A stretch of 19,366 bases of DNA from Archangiaceae bacterium (GTDB taxonomy: Bacteria > Myxococcota > Myxococcia > Myxococcales > Myxococcaceae), in assembly GCA_043750125.1 (NCBI GenBank), contig JAYVCD010000313.1, positions 1 to 19,366 on the forward strand, written 5' to 3'. The notes under the pieces were generated by a model. It was not told where the DNA came from. It did not search any database and saw only the letters and a list, made by a program, of their open reading frames with translations. A program made the translations under genes and the position numbers. Below are positions 16,151-19,366 of this stretch, one piece after another. Each line of letters opens with the position of its first letter. Position 1 is the first letter of the stretch.

Positions 16151-16363
16151 GACCCGCAGAGCGCTGCCCCACGCCAATCGCGCCGGTGCCGAGGGTCACT
16201 TCGTGGTGACTGCCTTGAAGGGCGGTCATGAGATCTCCACCCGCGCGACCCACGACCGGCCAGAACTGTGAAAGCGAATCGAGGACGCCCGCATCGAAAG
16301 ATGTAGACGGATCCACCCCGCCCGCTTTTCGTGGATGGAATGTCGCGTACGGTCCGCCCTGTG

Positions 16364-17338
16364 ATGGCTTCAACGCGCCAGCTGCCGTGGGTAGAAGGAT
16401 CGCAGCCGCTGATGCTGGCTCCGATGCAGGGCGTCACCAATCGGGCGGTGCGGCACGTCTTCGCGCAGTGGGTTCGGCCCGACGTCCTCTTCACCGAGTT
16501 CATGCGCGTGCGCCCCGGAACGGTCGCGGGCGCGGCGCGGCTGTCAGACGGGGACCTCGACGACGCGAAGGCCCAGGAGCACGGGATCCCCCTCGTGGTG
16601 CAGCTCATCGGGCGGGATCGCGAGCCGCTGGTCGAGGCGGCCATCGCCGCGCAGGACGCCGGAGCGCGGCACGTGAACCTCAACATGGGCTGCCCCTACG
16701 GGAGAATGAACGTGGGGTGTGGCGGCGGAATGCTCGAGCGACCGGAGACGCTGCCCGACATCCTCCACGCACTGCGCGAGACCCTCTTCGGCTCGTTCTC
16801 CGTCAAGGTGCGCGCGGGCTACGACAACCCGGAGCAGATCTTCTCTCTGCTGCCGATCTTCGAGGCTGCGGGCGTCGACTTCCTCGTGCTGCACGCGCGC
16901 ACTGTGGTGCAGCGGTATGAAGGCCACGCGGATCATCGAATTACTGCGCGCGTGGTGAAGCAAACGCGGTTGCCGGTGATCGCGAACGGCGACATCTGCA
17001 CCCCGGAAGACGGAAACCGGGTGCGGAGCGAGACCGGCGCCGCGGGGCTGATGCTTGGCCGCGGAGCGATGCGAGATCCGCTCCTGTTCGATCGGCTGCG
17101 CGGCCGGGCGCCCCTGCAGCCGTCCTCGGAAGATTTGTTGGTCGCCCACCAGCGCTACCTGCGCGGGCTCGCTCAGAGCTACGGCGCGCTGTTCGGCGGC
17201 GACGCCCAGGTGTTGGCAAAGTTGAAGAGCTCTCTGGCGGTCATGGGCCTGCCGGAAGAGAGCCGCCCATTCCGCACGCTGCGCAAGGCGCAGACGGTCG
17301 AGGCGTTCTGTCAAGCGGTCGAGCAACTGGCGCCCTGA
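16364..17338 (+). CDS. tRNA-dihydrouridine synthase (Dus) family flavoprotein
   Basis: LAPMQGVT, FTEF, VQLIG, NLNMGCP, SVKVRAG, VLHART, PVIANGDI and MLGRGA. The start is uncertain (16331, 16340 or 16364) and the subfamily was not assigned. Confidence 0.9.
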   Translation: MASTRQLPWVEGSQPLMLAPMQGVTNRAVRHVFAQWVRPDVLFTEFMRVRPGTVAGAARLSDGDLDDAKAQEHGIPLVVQLIGRDREPLVEAAIAAQDAGARHVNLNMGCPYGRMNVGCGGGMLERPETLPDILHALRETLFGSFSVKVRAGYDNPEQIFSLLPIFEAAGVDFLVLHARTVVQRYEGHADHRITARVVKQTRLPVIANGDICTPEDGNRVRSETGAAGLMLGRGAMRDPLLFDRLRGRAPLQPSSEDLLVAHQRYLRGLAQSYGALFGGDAQVLAKLKSSLAVMGLPEESRPFRTLRKAQTVEAFCQAVEQLAP

Positions 17339-17731
17339 CGTTGACGGTGAAGAGCTCGGCGCCTGCGGACTGATCGAGCTCTGCAGGATTTAACCGATGG
17401 GAATCGGCTTGCCTCGGTTAACCAGTTCGCCCTGTTGCGGATCTCCTGAAAAAGTTGGGCCCGGTTCCCACTGCGGCGTGAGCCTGAAACGATTCAAGGA
17501 CAGCCGCTTCGAAGGTCCGATGAATTCCAGGTCGCGTTGAAGCTTGCGTTTGCGACGATGCATTCGGCGCTCTTTCCCAGGATCAATGGATCTTCATCCT
17601 CGAGGACCTCGACGCCGCTGGCTTCGCTGAGCAGGAGAAACCGCCCCCACCGCAGCGCCTACGTAGCCGCGACAGCTTGGTTCGGTGGGAAAAAGCGATC
17701 GGCTCCTCCGAGCGCTTGGTAAGTCTGGGCG

Positions 17732-19030
17732 GTGAACAACTCATCTCGATGGTTGTGTGTGGCGTTGTCCGTAGTCCTCGTTGCGTGCTCCGGAAGCTCT
17801 GGCGGTGGCTCTGGCGGTGGCTCTGGCGGAGGGGCCGGAGGAGGGGCCGGCGGCGGACAGGCCTGCACGGCCAACACGATGACCGACAAAAACAACTGCG
17901 GTCACTGTGGCCGGGTGTGTGAAAGCGGGACGTGCTCCGGCGGCGCCTGCCGGCCGGTGCTGGTGATCAACACGCCGGACTCGCCGACCGGATTCCGGTA
18001 CCGCGCGCAGGTCTCGAACGGCAAAGTCTATGTGTGGGAGTACACGACGGCTCCCGCAGTTCCTCACTTCTACCTGTACAGCGCCCCGGCGCCAGCGACG
18101 GCCATCACCTCGGCGCCCGCGGGAACCGTGATTCAGGACATTGTTCAAAACGCCAACCCGAACCTGAACATCAGCGCTGCCACATTCGACTCCACGTTCC
18201 TCTACGAAGCCGAGCCGGGCACGACCACTGGCCTGGTGTCGCGCAAGAAGCTCGACGGCAGCGAGCCGACGGGCACGCCGACGGCGCTGTTCAGGCTGCC
18301 AGGCGTCGACCCGGGCTACCCCGCCAGCGGCGGCAAGCCGGCGAAGCCTTCGTCGATGCTGGTATGGAGCAACATCGTCGTCGACGGCACCGCGGCGTAC
18401 CTCACCGGCACGACCACGGCGAACGGCGGCGCATTCCCGGAAGACGACAACTCGGCCATCTACGTCATCGCTCCGTTCCCCGCGACGTCGACGATTCAGG
18501 CCACCAAGCTCACCGGAACCGACAACCTCGGCTACATCATCACCGACCTGACGGTCGCCAATGGGCACCTGTTCTGGTTCGACAACCACCCCGACGTGAC
18601 GCTTCGCACTCTGTGGACGGTGCCGACCACGGGCGGTACGCCGGTCAAGCTCGAGGTTGACGTCTCATCTGCCGACCACGCGTCCATCACGAGCGACGGC
18701 ACGTACGTGTACTGGGACCTCGCCAACTCTCAGGGTCAACTGAAGCGCTGCGCGCTGGCGAACCTCACCGCCGCAAGCGCGACGGTGGTCACCGATGTTC
18801 AGAGCCCAATCGAGGGTCTGGTCGTCGACGATTCGTTCGTCTACTACGCCACGCTCGACGATCTCCGCACGGCGTGGCGCGTTCCGAAGGCTGGCGGCAC
18901 CGCCGAACCTCTGGGCAGCGCGGCGATTCCTCCGAACGTCCGAATCGATCGGCTTATCGGTGTCGACGCCGCGTACCTCTACTTCTCGGATCTCGATGCA
19001 AAGCTGTACCGCATGTACAAGACGCCCTGA
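17732..19030 (+). CDS. Predicted lipoprotein with a Gly-rich linker, a Cys-rich module and a DUF5050-like beta-propeller
   Basis: Lipobox VLVA-C, then GGGS/GGGA repeats and DKNNCGHCGRVCESGTCSGGAC. Propeller-type strands include DGTYVYW, VDDSFVYY and VDAAYLYF with xVPxxGG turns. Confidence 0.8.
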   Translation: MNNSSRWLCVALSVVLVACSGSSGGGSGGGSGGGAGGGAGGGQACTANTMTDKNNCGHCGRVCESGTCSGGACRPVLVINTPDSPTGFRYRAQVSNGKVYVWEYTTAPAVPHFYLYSAPAPATAITSAPAGTVIQDIVQNANPNLNISAATFDSTFLYEAEPGTTTGLVSRKKLDGSEPTGTPTALFRLPGVDPGYPASGGKPAKPSSMLVWSNIVVDGTAAYLTGTTTANGGAFPEDDNSAIYVIAPFPATSTIQATKLTGTDNLGYIITDLTVANGHLFWFDNHPDVTLRTLWTVPTTGGTPVKLEVDVSSADHASITSDGTYVYWDLANSQGQLKRCALANLTAASATVVTDVQSPIEGLVVDDSFVYYATLDDLRTAWRVPKAGGTAEPLGSAAIPPNVRIDRLIGVDAAYLYFSDLDAKLYRMYKTP

Positions 19031-19193
19031 GGCGTTCGCCCACAAGAACCCGCGCACTCCGCGGAAGTTCTGCGCGACCCACGCGCAGCGACCAAGATCA
19101 CGACGCCGCTGTGAGGTTGTCTCTGCCGATCAAGCTTTGCGAGAAACTTCGGTGCCCCGAGGTGAGGAGCACGGCGCATTTGGACGGTGCCAT

Positions 19194-19258
19194 TGATGGC
19201 GGAGTGCAATCCAGGAAGCTGGACCAAAACTGGCCGACGTTGCCGAACCGGGGCCGAA
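19194..19258 (+). repeat. Dispersed 65-bp direct repeat, copy 2 (copy 1 at 11004..11068)
   Basis: 58/65 identical to copy 1, same orientation, offset 8190 bp. Confidence 0.85.
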
Positions 19259-19366
19259 AGTCCCTGTACTAGTACGACAGATCAGAAGTTCGTGCCCGGG
19301 AATGCGGGCCGTGGTTGACGGTTGAGAGCGCCGTGACCTCGTTACTTCCGATGACTCGTGGTGAGC

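Noticed and set aside
17340-17720. ~390-bp gap with short ORFs on both strands
   Set aside because: No recognisable protein motif, RNA gene or repeat was found; it may be a relic but this cannot be supported.
17797-17857. 12-bp tandem repeats (CTCTGGCGGTGG, GGAGGGGCCGGA)
   Set aside because: They encode an ordinary Gly-rich lipoprotein linker and are not a CRISPR array or regulatory repeat.
19266-19275. Palindrome GTACTAGTAC just after repeat copy 2
   Set aside because: It is only 10 bp, has no counterpart at copy 1, and its downstream context lies outside the window.

Overview
High-GC bacterial window whose gene content resembles Myxococcota. Housekeeping-type genes are a fused amino-acid ABC binding protein/permease, a di-haem cytochrome c peroxidase, ppk2, dapD-dapE, a GAF histidine kinase and a Dus-family enzyme. 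They are interleaved with an intact vapBC pair, a broken nucleotidyltransferase TA-like pair, and several gene relics with internal deletions (lysophospholipase, yjbQ, Ser/Thr kinase, transposase, propeller repeat). Two things stand out. (1) A ~901-aa protein (11316..14021, -) has five annexin repeats with intact GxGT-x37/38-E Ca2+-site spacing, a Gly/Ala-rich hydrophobic segment and a C-terminal R-S-E ADP-ribosyltransferase domain. A 68-aa ORF overlaps its stop, making a candidate annexin-delivered toxin/immunity pair. (2) An outer-membrane beta-barrel gene (3443..4156, -) has an in-frame TGA exactly after its signal peptide, followed by a hairpin placed like the E. coli fdhF SECIS, making a candidate unannotated selenoprotein. 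All calls come from reading motifs by eye; no database search was run.
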